DNA of 64,000 bases from a virus (IMGVR_UViG_2728369500_000003:1-64000), one strand, 5' to 3'. Shown: positions 39,997 to 49,648, counted from the stretch's first letter. The notes: a model not told the origin generated them from the letters alone. A program made the numbers and translations.

Positions 39997-40503
39997 ATGA
40001 AAAAACTACATATTTTAATTCTTATATTTGTTACTATGAATTTTGAAGCACAAAAAATTGAAGATATTTTTGGAAAAAAATTAGGATCTTTAAATACTTA
40101 TACTAAAGATCAAACATTTGAAAATAAATTACCTTTATCTTTTTTAGGAAAAGAAGTAAAAGCTTCTAATATTGGCATTAACAATGATACAATAAATTCA
40201 ATAATTTTTTCCATAGATGTAAAGCATTCAGATATCTTAAGTAAATTATTAGAGTTATATGGAAGTCCGAAAGTTGCTTTTGAAGCCAATCTATTTCCAA
40301 GTCAAAACAATAATGATAAAGAAGGTACATTTAGCTCTGGTATAGCATCCAGTAAGGACTTTAAGTTTGATAAAGCTAAATTAAATGAATACATTTATAT
40401 TGTTTGGGATACCGAAAACTATATGCTAAATTATTATAAGCCTAATTCAGCAATGAATGAAAGTTTGGATGTTAGAATAGAAATGATAAATAAAGGTTTT
40501 TAG
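39997..40503 (+). CDS. Putative cognate immunity protein, exported
   Basis: Immediately after the RHS gene; N-terminal signal peptide. Confidence 0.6.
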   Translation: MKKLHILILIFVTMNFEAQKIEDIFGKKLGSLNTYTKDQTFENKLPLSFLGKEVKASNIGINNDTINSIIFSIDVKHSDILSKLLELYGSPKVAFEANLFPSQNNNDKEGTFSSGIASSKDFKFDKAKLNEYIYIVWDTENYMLNYYKPNSAMNESLDVRIEMINKGF

Positions 40504-40533
40504 AAATTTCTTATTCACTAACTTTATATTTTT

Positions 40534-40563
40534 AGCTCCTGCACTTACTGCAGGAGCTTTTTT
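40534..40563 (+). terminator. Intrinsic terminator between the RHS module and the integrase
   Basis: AGCTCCTGCA-CTTAC-TGCAGGAGCT-TTTTT. Confidence 0.85.
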
Positions 40564-40624
40564 ATGTAAATATCAGAAGTAATTTTATTTGGTAAACATG
40601 CTTACATGAAGCTATTTTAGTCCG

Positions 40625-41902
40625 TTAAGAACGTTCACCAATCCCAAGTCTCACTTGTTTTAAAGCCTCATTTTCCCTCTTTTTCTTTCCTACAGTGTAA
40701 ACATTTGTAATAGACTCTGTTCGATGACTGGCTGCTGTCTTTGCAAGATTAATATCCGGTATAGCGATATAATCCGGTGCTAATGGGTCAGGTTTAAATC
40801 CATCTAAAATATCTAAGAACAAATGCTTCAGAGCATAGAAATCTTCTGTAACCTTTATAATATTTCCGTTTTCATCTTTTATATTATCAGACTGCTTTAT
40901 CAGTCTATACCAACGTTTAGTAATTTGATATGGCTGTATTGGATCCTTTCCTGGAACCAAACCTTTGGAAAAAAGATAATCATTTTCAGATTTACACATA
41001 GATAAGATTTCCCGCCAATAAGGAATCGCATCAGGAAGAATAACTTTTATAGTTTCTGTATATTGTCTTCCCTTCCTAATAATGACTTTATATTCCTGTT
41101 GAATTAAATTAACGTCTTTTTTCTGCAATCTCATTAATTCTGATGTTCTAGCTCCCGAAAGAAAAAATATCTTAAAATATCGAAAGAAATCAGGGTAATT
41201 CTCTTCTATATAATCGTGGACTATTTGGTATTTTGAATCTGAAAGAGTTTCCCGGATTGTTACAATTGTTTTCTGCTTGGATATTTCTCTGCATGGGTTA
41301 TGCTCAATACAACCATACTGTATGAGTTCTTTGAATAAACTCATCATAACACTTCTATACTTATTGTAGACAGAAGGTGTCAATTTAGCATGTTCAAAAG
41401 CATTTTTAATATGCCAAATTTTTACTTCTGATATTTTCAGCTCATCATATTTTAACCTTTCAAAAAAAGGTTTTAATCGTGCTATACACTGCTTGACTTG
41501 TTTTAAATGAATTGATGATGCACTAATTTTATCGTATGCCAATTCCAATGCCTTTATAAACGGAGTGTACGGAGATAGTTCAATATACTGCGAATCCTCT
41601 ATTACTGCAATAGATTTTTTTTGAATAGGATTATAACCTTCTTTTAAAGTTTTTAATTCATTTTCTAATAGAATTTTAGTGGCGTTTCGCCTATCTTCAA
41701 TATCCTTATATTCATTCATACCCTTAACAATAGTAAGACGACCATAAGGGTATTTATCTTTGAATAAGGGATCGTGGAAATAATATTGAATTTTCCATGT
41801 TAATGTAAGAGATTTTTTTCCGGCAGTTTTCCAGTCTTTCGGAAATACCGAAGGAGTACTACAAGAACATCCATTCGGAAGTAGAATTTTGCTGCGTTTC
41901 AT
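40625..41902 (-). CDS. int: Tyrosine recombinase / integrase of prophage 1
   Basis: SGARTSE (Arg), FYALKH, ASH..TNVYT (Tyr); adjacent to the tRNA att site. Confidence 0.9.
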   Translation of the reverse strand: MKRSKILLPNGCSCSTPSVFPKDWKTAGKKSLTLTWKIQYYFHDPLFKDKYPYGRLTIVKGMNEYKDIEDRRNATKILLENELKTLKEGYNPIQKKSIAVIEDSQYIELSPYTPFIKALELAYDKISASSIHLKQVKQCIARLKPFFERLKYDELKISEVKIWHIKNAFEHAKLTPSVYNKYRSVMMSLFKELIQYGCIEHNPCREISKQKTIVTIRETLSDSKYQIVHDYIEENYPDFFRYFKIFFLSGARTSELMRLQKKDVNLIQQEYKVIIRKGRQYTETIKVILPDAIPYWREILSMCKSENDYLFSKGLVPGKDPIQPYQITKRWYRLIKQSDNIKDENGNIIKVTEDFYALKHLFLDILDGFKPDPLAPDYIAIPDINLAKTAASHRTESITNVYTVGKKKRENEALKQVRLGIGERS

Positions 41903-41968
41903 TGCTTTGTTTATTAACGATTTTATTAACGTTTGTAAACTGCAATGCTAAAATGTATTTAAATAAAA

Positions 41969-42001
41969 AGCGGAAAACCCAATGTGGGAAAGGCTTTCCG
42001 C
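41969..42001 (-). terminator. Hairpin downstream of the tRNA fragment
   Basis: GCGGAAA..TTTCCGC stem followed by a minus-strand T run. Confidence 0.55.
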
Positions 42002-42003
42002 CT

Positions 42004-42047
42004 AGAGCCAACTACGGGACTTGAACCCGTGACCTCTTCCTTACCAA
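42004..42047 (-). tRNA. 3' half of tRNA-Thr(GGT), att core between the prophages (not an intact tRNA)
   Basis: Minus strand TTGGTAA-GGAAG-AGGTC-ACGGG-TTCAAGT-CCCGT-AGTTGGC-T: anticodon loop, T arm and acceptor strand; 5' half absent. Confidence 0.9.
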
Positions 42048-42186
42048 AGATAAGACTTGCGAATTATCAAAATATATGCTCTGATTATCAATTGTTTATA
42101 TTTTAAATTTTAACTGTTTTTAATGCTATAAACACGGTTACAAACACGATTGTAAGCACATTTTTAACCTTACATTATCATGTAAA

Positions 42187-42843
42187 TCAACACTTCAAAT
42201 ATCCATTTTCTCTTAGTTCTTTATGGATGGATTGAATGTCTTCAGGGATACCTCCCTTAATGAGCCAGTTTACATCCAGTCCATTCTGTATTGCCAAATC
42301 CATTAGAACAGGAATACCTCCTACTTTATGACCTAGCTTTTCAAGTTCCGGATTGAACTCAACCCAATAATCTTCGTGAAGCTTATTTACTATAAGAAGA
42401 ACTTTAAAAATTCGAGCAATAATAGCTACGTAAAACTTTTCTAACTTCCAATTATATTGAAGATCATTAAGCTGATCTGTAATTTGCTCTAACAATTCGT
42501 TTAATAAAAATAGGTTAAGCCACGCTTCACCAAATTTATCCTTGGTAACAGAAACATGCTTGTTTATTAAACCACTCATATCGCGGACATCCATACTCAA
42601 ATAACCAATTGAATAAATATGTTGAGATGATATTTTGCAATACTTTTTCAACCTCTCCTCTACTTCATCCCTTAACTCCTCTACTGATTTTTCGCTTAAC
42701 AATTCAAACTGCAATCTATTAGCCAGCACCAAATCCTTTTTCAAAAGTCTGAATATTAACTTATCTTTTTCTATCGAAGGAAGATTGGAAACAGCTTCTT
42801 TAAACTCTTCAGAGAATTTCATTCTATCTCTTTTTTTAGGCAT
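42187..42843 (-). CDS. Hypothetical helical protein downstream of the repressor
   Basis: 218 aa, co-oriented with the repressor. Confidence 0.7.
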   Translation of the reverse strand: MPKKRDRMKFSEEFKEAVSNLPSIEKDKLIFRLLKKDLVLANRLQFELLSEKSVEELRDEVEERLKKYCKISSQHIYSIGYLSMDVRDMSGLINKHVSVTKDKFGEAWLNLFLLNELLEQITDQLNDLQYNWKLEKFYVAIIARIFKVLLIVNKLHEDYWVEFNPELEKLGHKVGGIPVLMDLAIQNGLDVNWLIKGGIPEDIQSIHKELRENGYLKC

Positions 42844-42876
42844 TAAACAAATCGATTATTATAAAAAAACTAACAC

Positions 42877-43683
42877 TTATTTCTCTTCTAAATAATAGAC
42901 AGCATCAGGCTTTGTCGCCAAAATTTCTTTAAAGTTATTCATATCAAATGATGGTTGATTAAAAGAAATTACCGCAGTGAAACTCCATATTTCTGAGATG
43001 TATCTAATATCAACATATATGTCAGGATAAATATTACTGATGTTGTTATTATCAGACCTAAGAATAATTACATTTTGATCTTTAGGATGCCTGAACACTC
43101 TTTTTAATAATAGAGAATCAAGCTCAGGTATTATTAAGGCATGAATCCTACCCTCTCCAAAATTTCTAATATTGTCAATAAATTTTCCCACAAAATAATC
43201 TCCATCTTTGATCCCCTCTTCCATAGAGCATCCCTGCACCTCAAAACATCTAAATGTTCCGTTTCTAAGATATGGCAATCTAAAGGTAGGTAATGCTTCT
43301 ACAAAACTGGCATCCATAAATCCACCTCCCACATAGCCGGCTGCAAGTTTAGCAGGGACCGCCAGAATATTTTCTTCCTCTTCGTTAGATTCAACAGTAA
43401 CTACAGCAGGCAAGCGATTATAATTGATATAAGGCCTCTTTTCAAATTTAGACCCTGAAACAGCGCTGCTATCGCATTCTGATCTTAACATTTCACCTTT
43501 GCCTGTTAGAAGCCACTCAGGATTAAAATCAGGATATTTATCAATGATAATTCTCAATTTATCTACCCCTAAACTATTACCACTATCTAAGAATCCTGTT
43601 GAAAACCCAGTTGTTGTATAAAATTTATTTTTACTTATCCCTTTATAATCAAGAAACTGTAAAATTTTCTCCTTATCAGTCAT
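42877..43683 (-). CDS. cI: CI-like repressor (HTH plus S24 peptidase)
   Basis: N-terminal HTH with WLLTGKGEM; FEVQGCSM (Ser) and LLLKRV (Lys). Confidence 0.92.
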   Translation of the reverse strand: MTDKEKILQFLDYKGISKNKFYTTTGFSTGFLDSGNSLGVDKLRIIIDKYPDFNPEWLLTGKGEMLRSECDSSAVSGSKFEKRPYINYNRLPAVVTVESNEEEENILAVPAKLAAGYVGGGFMDASFVEALPTFRLPYLRNGTFRCFEVQGCSMEEGIKDGDYFVGKFIDNIRNFGEGRIHALIIPELDSLLLKRVFRHPKDQNVIILRSDNNNISNIYPDIYVDIRYISEIWSFTAVISFNQPSFDMNNFKEILATKPDAVYYLEEK

Positions 43684-43705
43684 GATTTTTATCTTTAATA
43701 ATTTT

Positions 43706-43733
43706 CAAATATAAGATAATTATCATATATTTG
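43706..43733. promoter_or_regulatory. Divergent promoters with central palindromic operator
   Basis: TATATTTG on minus (43706-43713) and plus (43726-43733) strands around GATAATTATC (43715-43724). Confidence 0.7.
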
Positions 43734-43764
43734 TGTTGTAAAACAAACATGAACATTTAAAACT

Positions 43765-43965
43765 ATGGACAAAGATAAGAAAACAAAACAGTACAATGGT
43801 TATAATAAGGATATTATAAGAAGACTCAAACAAAAACACGGCTTTACGGCACGTTTCATCTATGCCTCTCTTAGAGGGAATAGAACCAGTGATAGCTCAA
43901 CCAAAATAGTTGATGATTACAATAAAATGAAAAAGGCAATTCAACAGGTCCTAAACAATATATAG
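43765..43965 (+). CDS. Cro-like early regulator
   Basis: Divergent from cI; HTH-like, 66 aa. Confidence 0.6.
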   Translation: MDKDKKTKQYNGYNKDIIRRLKQKHGFTARFIYASLRGNRTSDSSTKIVDDYNKMKKAIQQVLNNI

Positions 43966-43967
43966 TA

Positions 43968-44198
43968 ATGAAAACAGAAAACTTACTGCGGAGATTTAAT
44001 GCACTAGAGCAACGCATACGCCGAAGTGAACAATCTTTGGAAGAAGCTAAGCTTGAGGCGTCTACATTAAAACAATTAATCGACAACTCGCAAAGTACTA
44101 AAAAAGAAGACATCTCATTTTTAGCTTCTTTGGCAGTAAGTAAGAGAAACGCTCGATTGGGAATAAAGTATGTGGACGGTAAACCTGTGAAAATATAA
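43968..44198 (+). CDS. Small coiled-coil early protein
   Basis: 76 aa ORF. Confidence 0.55.
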   Translation: MKTENLLRRFNALEQRIRRSEQSLEEAKLEASTLKQLIDNSQSTKKEDISFLASLAVSKRNARLGIKYVDGKPVKI

Positions 44199-44284
44199 AA
44201 GCCACCCGCACCCAGCAGATGGCTAATGTTTAAGAAAAATTGCTAAAAAAATGATGACAACAAAAGTAAAAAAAATAAATAGCC

Positions 44285-44383
44285 ATGAAACCACACACTA
44301 ACGACCTCCCTACTACACTTGCAATAGCTCTGATAGTAGTAGGAACAATTTTAACCGGATATGTTCAATCACTAAATTTTTAA
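44285..44383 (+). CDS. 32-aa single-TM peptide MKPHTNDLPTTLAIALIVVGTILTGYVQSLNF (not in the ORF track)
   Basis: Homologue of 598..690. Confidence 0.7.
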   Translation: MKPHTNDLPTTLAIALIVVGTILTGYVQSLNF

Positions 44384-44386
44384 ATC

Positions 44387-44962
44387 ATGATGAAGCTTGA
44401 AAATAAGCTAAGAATAGTACGCATTTCAGCGCTGGTAAGAATGTTTGACACTTTTACTCAACTTAAATTATTTGAAACTGTTATTAAACAAGAAAAAAGG
44501 TCTGACTGGGATATATCAGAGCTATTTAAAGAACTGTTCAATATAGATTTATCTGCTTATCATAAAACAGAAGATGAAGAAGCCAATAAATGCATAGAAC
44601 TTCATTCAGAACTTGAATATCTAATAGAGCGTTATAAGGGATTTGATTTTCTAAAATTTGACAGAGAAAACATAATGGCATTTCTCAACTATACTGAAAA
44701 TAAAAATCATTCCCTAAAGATTAATCACTTAATGTATAGTAGTGTTATGGAGGTTGTTTGCAGCTACTATAATAATACTACTATCAGCGAAGAAGACTTT
44801 TTTAAAAGTATAAATTACTATAAGAGCTTAACATTTCCTGTTTTTCCACTTAATGTAAAAAGTATGGTTAGAAGTCTTCAAGAAACAGAAAAAAGTTTTA
44901 TAACGATCAGTGAACTAAGAACAACAAGAAAACAATTAAAAGATGGAATTACAAATATTTAA
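44387..44962 (+). CDS. Hypothetical protein unique to prophage 2
   Basis: 191 aa; absent from the syntenic position (about 711) of prophage 1. Confidence 0.7.
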   Translation: MMKLENKLRIVRISALVRMFDTFTQLKLFETVIKQEKRSDWDISELFKELFNIDLSAYHKTEDEEANKCIELHSELEYLIERYKGFDFLKFDRENIMAFLNYTENKNHSLKINHLMYSSVMEVVCSYYNNTTISEEDFFKSINYYKSLTFPVFPLNVKSMVRSLQETEKSFITISELRTTRKQLKDGITNI

Positions 44963-45737
44963 CAGTCAAAAATTCGGAAAAATCAGAGCTTTCCAATCTG
45001 AAGACAGCAGCCCTTTATTTGTCGCTGTTGATGTCGCAAGGGCTCTGGGATATGAAGATCCGGCTAAAGCAATCGCAACTCATTGTAAATCAGGCGACAC
45101 GACAAAACGGTTTGTCGCTCACAAAAACGGTATTGGAGGAACATATGTCCAGATCATTAATGAGCCCAACCTTTACAGGCTGATTATGAAATCTAAATTA
45201 AAGGAAGCAGAGTCTTTTCAAGATTGGGTTTTTGAAGAGGTTCTTCCTACTATGCGTAAACATGGAGGTTATATAGTAACCCAGGTAACGGACACGAATG
45301 AAATGATCATGGCTAAAGGGTTTCAAATAGCAATGCAAACTATCGAAAATGTAAAGCTTAAGAACAAACAATTGGAAATGCAAAATGAGATCCAGCAGCA
45401 ACAGATCATAAGTGACGCTCCTTGGGTTGACTTATCAAAAAACTGTTATAACAGCACCGGATCCTACACAGCCTCTATCCTATCAGCAAGATTAGGATTT
45501 AGAAGTGCAAAAGCATTGAATGCAGAATTGAAAAAGTTAGGCATTCAATACAAAATAAAAGGTGATGATTGTTGGAAGCTTACTGCAAAATATTCTGGCA
45601 ATGGATATACTAAAACAATACCATATCCATTTTTCAGATCTGACGGAACCTCTGACACCAGAAACAGAATGGAATGGACCGAGAAAGGATTTGTTTTCCT
45701 CAGGGAGTTTTTGAGTACAAAACAGATCATACCATAA
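44943..45737 (+). CDS. Antirepressor (BRO-N plus ANT/KilAC-type C-terminus)
   Basis: FVAVDVARALGY..INEPNLYRLIMKS..FQDWVFEEVLPTMRKHG. Confidence 0.92.
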   Translation: MELQIFNSQKFGKIRAFQSEDSSPLFVAVDVARALGYEDPAKAIATHCKSGDTTKRFVAHKNGIGGTYVQIINEPNLYRLIMKSKLKEAESFQDWVFEEVLPTMRKHGGYIVTQVTDTNEMIMAKGFQIAMQTIENVKLKNKQLEMQNEIQQQQIISDAPWVDLSKNCYNSTGSYTASILSARLGFRSAKALNAELKKLGIQYKIKGDDCWKLTAKYSGNGYTKTIPYPFFRSDGTSDTRNRMEWTEKGFVFLREFLSTKQIIP

Positions 45738-45788
45738 ATTCTTTCAAATGTGCTAAAAAAGCACTTTTAAACCCTATAAAATAATATT

Positions 45789-46169
45789 ATGACATTTTAC
45801 CAAGACAACAAAAGAAACCCATCACAACCATTCAGTAACGATACTTTTAAACTTAGCTTATCAGAAATTCTACTCGGATGCGTTCCAGACATTGATAAGT
45901 TCCTGAAAGAGTTCTTATCAAGTAATGAATACCTGGAATATTCAGACATAAGCCCAGTGTACTCAAATGATCAGACCCGCAAAATACCTATAAAAGAAAG
46001 GGAAATAATAGATTATCTGGTAGAGATTCCGGCAGCAGCACACATCCTGTACTGGCTTTTCTTTAAAACAACAGATGAGTATTTTAAAAACAAGATTGAC
46101 CTTCGTATAACGGAACTCAACCAGGCAATAGGTCCTCGTACAGGAGAACTGGTTATTAAGAATTATTAA
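45789..46169 (+). CDS. Hypothetical phage protein
   Basis: Homologue of 1570..1935. Confidence 0.75.
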   Translation: MTFYQDNKRNPSQPFSNDTFKLSLSEILLGCVPDIDKFLKEFLSSNEYLEYSDISPVYSNDQTRKIPIKEREIIDYLVEIPAAAHILYWLFFKTTDEYFKNKIDLRITELNQAIGPRTGELVIKNY

Positions 46170-46201
46170 TTTTTTACCTGAAACATTTCAAATTAGTTAG
46201 A

Positions 46202-47107
46202 ATGAATCTTAAAACAGCTATGGACCACTTTTGGAGTATGAACGAAATCCATTCATTCAATTCGACTGAGATCGCTCTTTATATGTATCTGATACGCATA
46301 AACGACCTTTGCTCATGGAAAGAATCCTTCAAGCATAACAATAGTAAAATCATAGCAAGCATCAAAGTTACATTCAAAACTTTGGCAAATGCCCGAAATA
46401 AATTAAAACAGGCAGGAATGATAGATTTTGTAACCAAAAACGGAGCTTCTGAAACGCTATACTCCCTAACCTTTGGAAATTTTACAGAGGCTCGGGATGA
46501 GGTTCCTACCAAGGTTAAGGATGAGGTTTATTCCAAGGTTTCGCCGAGGTTTGGTAAGGGTAAAGTATATACTAACTGTATTAATAATAGTAGTATTAAT
46601 AATAGTAGTATTAATAAATATATTGTGAAGGGTCAGGAAAAAGAAAAATTTCTTTTTGTTTCGATTAAAAATCTCAACGACTATCTTCAAAATTTTAAGG
46701 GCAATAAATCTCACTTTATTCTGGCCTACAGATTTTGGAAATTATGGATCGAAGAAAACCCTAAAGCTTCGCATCTGCTCAAAGCCGATGTTTATCAGTG
46801 GGTAAATACCATGAAATTAATTATTGTCAACGACCAAAACGGAGTGGAAAGAATGCTTGCCATCCTGGAACATTTCAAAAGATGCCAGGCGAAGCAATTG
46901 GGCTTTAACGATTTTTGGTTTACCACCATTTCAAGCCTGAAAGCTTTTCGCAAAACAGGCAAAGATGACGTAAAGCAGATTGATAAAATCGCAAAAGAAG
47001 TCAATCAGACCGCCGAAAAACAGCCCGAATTTCATCTGGCTATTGAAACCGCAATTAAAAAATTTAAACAGTATGAAAGCTCTTGTACACCTTCGAAACA
47101 GGTTTGA
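46202..47107 (+). CDS. Replication initiator-like protein (wHTH N-terminus)
   Basis: TEIALYMYL..TLANARNKLKQAGMIDF; internal iteron-like repeats. Confidence 0.7.
   Translation: MNLKTAMDHFWSMNEIHSFNSTEIALYMYLIRINDLCSWKESFKHNNSKIIASIKVTFKTLANARNKLKQAGMIDFVTKNGASETLYSLTFGNFTEARDEVPTKVKDEVYSKVSPRFGKGKVYTNCINNSSINNSSINKYIVKGQEKEKFLFVSIKNLNDYLQNFKGNKSHFILAYRFWKLWIEENPKASHLLKADVYQWVNTMKLIIVNDQNGVERMLAILEHFKRCQAKQLGFNDFWFTTISSLKAFRKTGKDDVKQIDKIAKEVNQTAEKQPEFHLAIETAIKKFKQYESSCTPSKQV
46495..46617 (+). repeat. Iteron-like AGGTT array and AT-rich 15-bp tandem repeat (putative origin of prophage 2)
   Basis: AGGTT at 46500, 46512, 46524, 46536, 46547; GTATTAATAATAGTA about 2.7 times at 46578-46617. Confidence 0.65.
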
Positions 47108-47714
47108 TTATGCCAGTAGAAATTCAGGAACATTGAAGTTAACTCAAACCGACATTGATGCCTTGCAGCAGCTCATTAATGAAGAGAATTCCAAACAGCG
47201 AAATACCTCTCTCGAGGATGCTCTTCTCTTATTTTACCTTCTAAAATGCTATAAAGTTCAGAATGAAAATAATAAAGCCGTTTTGCGGGAAAAACCGTTA
47301 GAGGAAATCAATTTTCCAATGGGAATGCCTGATGCCATGGATATTATGAGAAGAATAACCATGCTCATAGACCCAAAAGAAGAAGTGATACGAAAAATTA
47401 CAGATGAACTTTGGATTTATCAGCAGTATGAACGCATACCGAAAGATCGGGATGTATACCTGAAAGAAATGTATAGAGAACAAAACTGGGAACAAAATGA
47501 TCATCTATCGACTTTAAAAGTAACGCCACAAAAAATGGTCCCAATCAAAAAAGAAGAGAGGATCACCTATCAGCAGGTAGAAGAGTTAATCAATAATCTG
47601 CTTAAAAAAGCTAAAGAAGAGTTTCCAAAACTTAAATTATGGAATGAAGGATACAGATTCAAGGAAGTTAAACCTTTGAGTTCTGCCTATCAACAAAGAT
47701 CGGATAATACGTAA
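47073..47714 (+). CDS. Hypothetical replication-module protein (probable start MKALVHL)
   Basis: Overlaps the end of the initiator gene. Confidence 0.6.
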   Translation: MKALVHLRNRFDYASRNSGTLKLTQTDIDALQQLINEENSKQRNTSLEDALLLFYLLKCYKVQNENNKAVLREKPLEEINFPMGMPDAMDIMRRITMLIDPKEEVIRKITDELWIYQQYERIPKDRDVYLKEMYREQNWEQNDHLSTLKVTPQKMVPIKKEERITYQQVEELINNLLKKAKEEFPKLKLWNEGYRFKEVKPLSSAYQQRSDNT

Positions 47715-47724
47715 TTTTTGAGTA

Positions 47725-48558
47725 ATGATTGAGCCGATTAAACCCATTGCAGCAGGATATGAAGATCCAGTGTTACTCAATATTTCAGATTATTTAATCC
47801 GCAGAACGGATCATTATCCCAAACCCATTCCCATACTTTGCATTAAGCAGGATGGATATCATATCCCTTTCATGTCTGAAGATAATATCTCCATTCTTTT
47901 CGGACCTGCAAAAGCAAGAAAATCAGGACTTATAAAATCAATGTGTCAGGCTATTTTAAATGGAAGTAATGAAAAAATGTTCTCAACCTATCAAAGCAAA
48001 AAAATTGCAGTAATTGACACCGAACAATCACAGCATGACAGCCACGATGCAGTAAAAGGAATTTATTATATGACAGGCGCCGATATAGATTATTACAGTG
48101 TTTTAACCCTTACCAAAGACCAAAAAAAACAATTGGTAGAGCAGCATTTGAAACAAAACCCCGATTGCAAAATGCTGATCATTGATAACATTGTACACTT
48201 TGTAAAAGACTTTAATAACGTTGCGGAAAGTGGGGAAATCACTCAGTGGCTGCTCAAATTAAAATCAGAGTATAAAACACATATTCTTGTGGTCATTCAT
48301 GAAAACCCATCCGGAACTTACAATCAGAGCCTCAAACCCCGCGGAAATCTGGGAACCAATCTTATGAACCTCTGTGAAACAGCCATCAGAATTCAGAAAG
48401 ATCCCGATGATGAAACAAGAAGTATTGTCTCTGCTGCCCTTACCAGAGGAAAAACATTCCGGGACTTTATCCTGATGATGGATGACCAGAAAATCCCCTT
48501 CCTCATGGATGATCATTCTTTACATGAAAAAAAGACCGCCAAAAAACCCAATTATTAA
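47725..48558 (+). CDS. AAA/RecA-type ATPase (RepA/AAA_25-like helicase domain)
   Basis: FGPAKARKS Walker A variant; VIDTEQ; LIIDNI; VVIHEN..RGNLGT. Confidence 0.8.
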   Translation: MIEPIKPIAAGYEDPVLLNISDYLIRRTDHYPKPIPILCIKQDGYHIPFMSEDNISILFGPAKARKSGLIKSMCQAILNGSNEKMFSTYQSKKIAVIDTEQSQHDSHDAVKGIYYMTGADIDYYSVLTLTKDQKKQLVEQHLKQNPDCKMLIIDNIVHFVKDFNNVAESGEITQWLLKLKSEYKTHILVVIHENPSGTYNQSLKPRGNLGTNLMNLCETAIRIQKDPDDETRSIVSAALTRGKTFRDFILMMDDQKIPFLMDDHSLHEKKTAKKPNY

Positions 48559-48595
48559 TGAAACCCATAAAACTGAAAATCGTAGCAATATCAAT

Positions 48596-48871
48596 ATGAA
48601 AAGTTTACAATCAAAAACCAGAGACGGTACAGAAATAGAGATCATTATATCAGACAATGCCATTAAATCGGGGTTCAGCATTGGGAAGCCGACAGATCTG
48701 GAAATGATAGTAACGGATAAAAACAACGAGCAGTATCAGGCTGATGTGTTTTTAAAGTCGGGATGGACCCATAAGGAGCTTCAGGAAATCATAACAGAGA
48801 CCGTCCTAAGTTGCGATGCAAAAGTTAAACGGATACGGGCTACAATCAAGGGGCTTGTGTCGATAAATTAA
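48596..48871 (+). CDS. Conserved hypothetical protein (probable start MKSLQSK)
   Basis: Homologue of 4688..4963. Confidence 0.75.
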   Translation: MKSLQSKTRDGTEIEIIISDNAIKSGFSIGKPTDLEMIVTDKNNEQYQADVFLKSGWTHKELQEIITETVLSCDAKVKRIRATIKGLVSIN

Positions 48872-48900
48872 GTAAAAAATAACATACACCCCTGGAATCC

Positions 48901-49097
48901 GAGTAGGTACTTTACGGAAATCCCCTTCTACGGCGCTACGAGCCCCAAAAAAGCGCTAGTCACAGAATTTTTTCCTGGTTGCCGGTTGCCAGTATGACAG
49001 CACAAAAATGCAGCATTAATAAGGGGTTTGGAAAGACCAGCCTGGCAACCAGACACCACTTTAGTTGCCACCATGGTTGCCACTTTGGTTGCCACTC
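48901..49097 (+). promoter_or_regulatory. Putative cos/packaging-initiation region
   Basis: Near-identical to 5025-5220, with GGTTGCC repeats. Confidence 0.6.
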
Positions 49098-49108
49098 ACT
49101 AAAAAATT

Positions 49109-49648
49109 ATGAAAAAAGAAAAATATTTATCCATAAGAGCATATGCCAAGCGCGTAGGGGTAAGTCATGCTTCGATTCAGAAGGCCATCAAAGCAGGAAA
49201 AATTTCTAAAGGCTATGATTCAGAAACCAAAACCATCAACCCCGATATTGCAGATCAGGAATACGGTTTTCAGACCGAGATCAAAAAGATCAATGAAAAA
49301 TTAAAAGAAAATATATCCCAGCAGCAATTGGATGCTTACAGCGGTCTCGATGTCGTTGAGATACAAATCTCTCATCAGGACACAGCACCCGAAGCCTTGC
49401 GAAAGCAAATCATCATTAAAGCGCAGCTCGATCTCTTGAAACTCAAAACAGAAAGCGGGCAGCTCGTAAACAAAGAAGAAGTGTATAAAGAAATTTACGC
49501 CTATGGCAAAGAAATTAGAATGAGTCTGCAAGCTATCCCCGACAGGATCATAGATCAGCTCCTGACCATGGACCGAAACGATGCCCATAAATTATTAACA
49601 GAAAGCATCAACGAATCTTTAATAAAACTTACAACCTATGCTCATTAA
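49109..49648 (+). CDS. terS: Terminase small subunit
   Basis: Nearly identical to 5232..5771. Confidence 0.85.
   Translation: MKKEKYLSIRAYAKRVGVSHASIQKAIKAGKISKGYDSETKTINPDIADQEYGFQTEIKKINEKLKENISQQQLDAYSGLDVVEIQISHQDTAPEALRKQIIIKAQLDLLKLKTESGQLVNKEEVYKEIYAYGKEIRMSLQAIPDRIIDQLLTMDRNDAHKLLTESINESLIKLTTYAH

Larger units (their letters stand above)
1..42047 (+). mobile_element. Prophage 1 (lambda-like head, P2-like contractile tail); left end outside the window
   Basis: Continuous early, replication, packaging, head, tail, cargo and integrase genes ending at a tRNA-derived att site. Confidence 0.95.

Noticed and set aside
40625-41902. Integron integrase responsible for the cassettes
   Set aside because: It sits at the tRNA att site, is large for an IntI and shows no recognisable IntI-specific insertion; the prophage integrase role is simpler.
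42004-42047. Functional tRNA-Thr gene
   Set aside because: The D arm, 5' acceptor strand and 5' anticodon stem are missing; it is an att duplicate.
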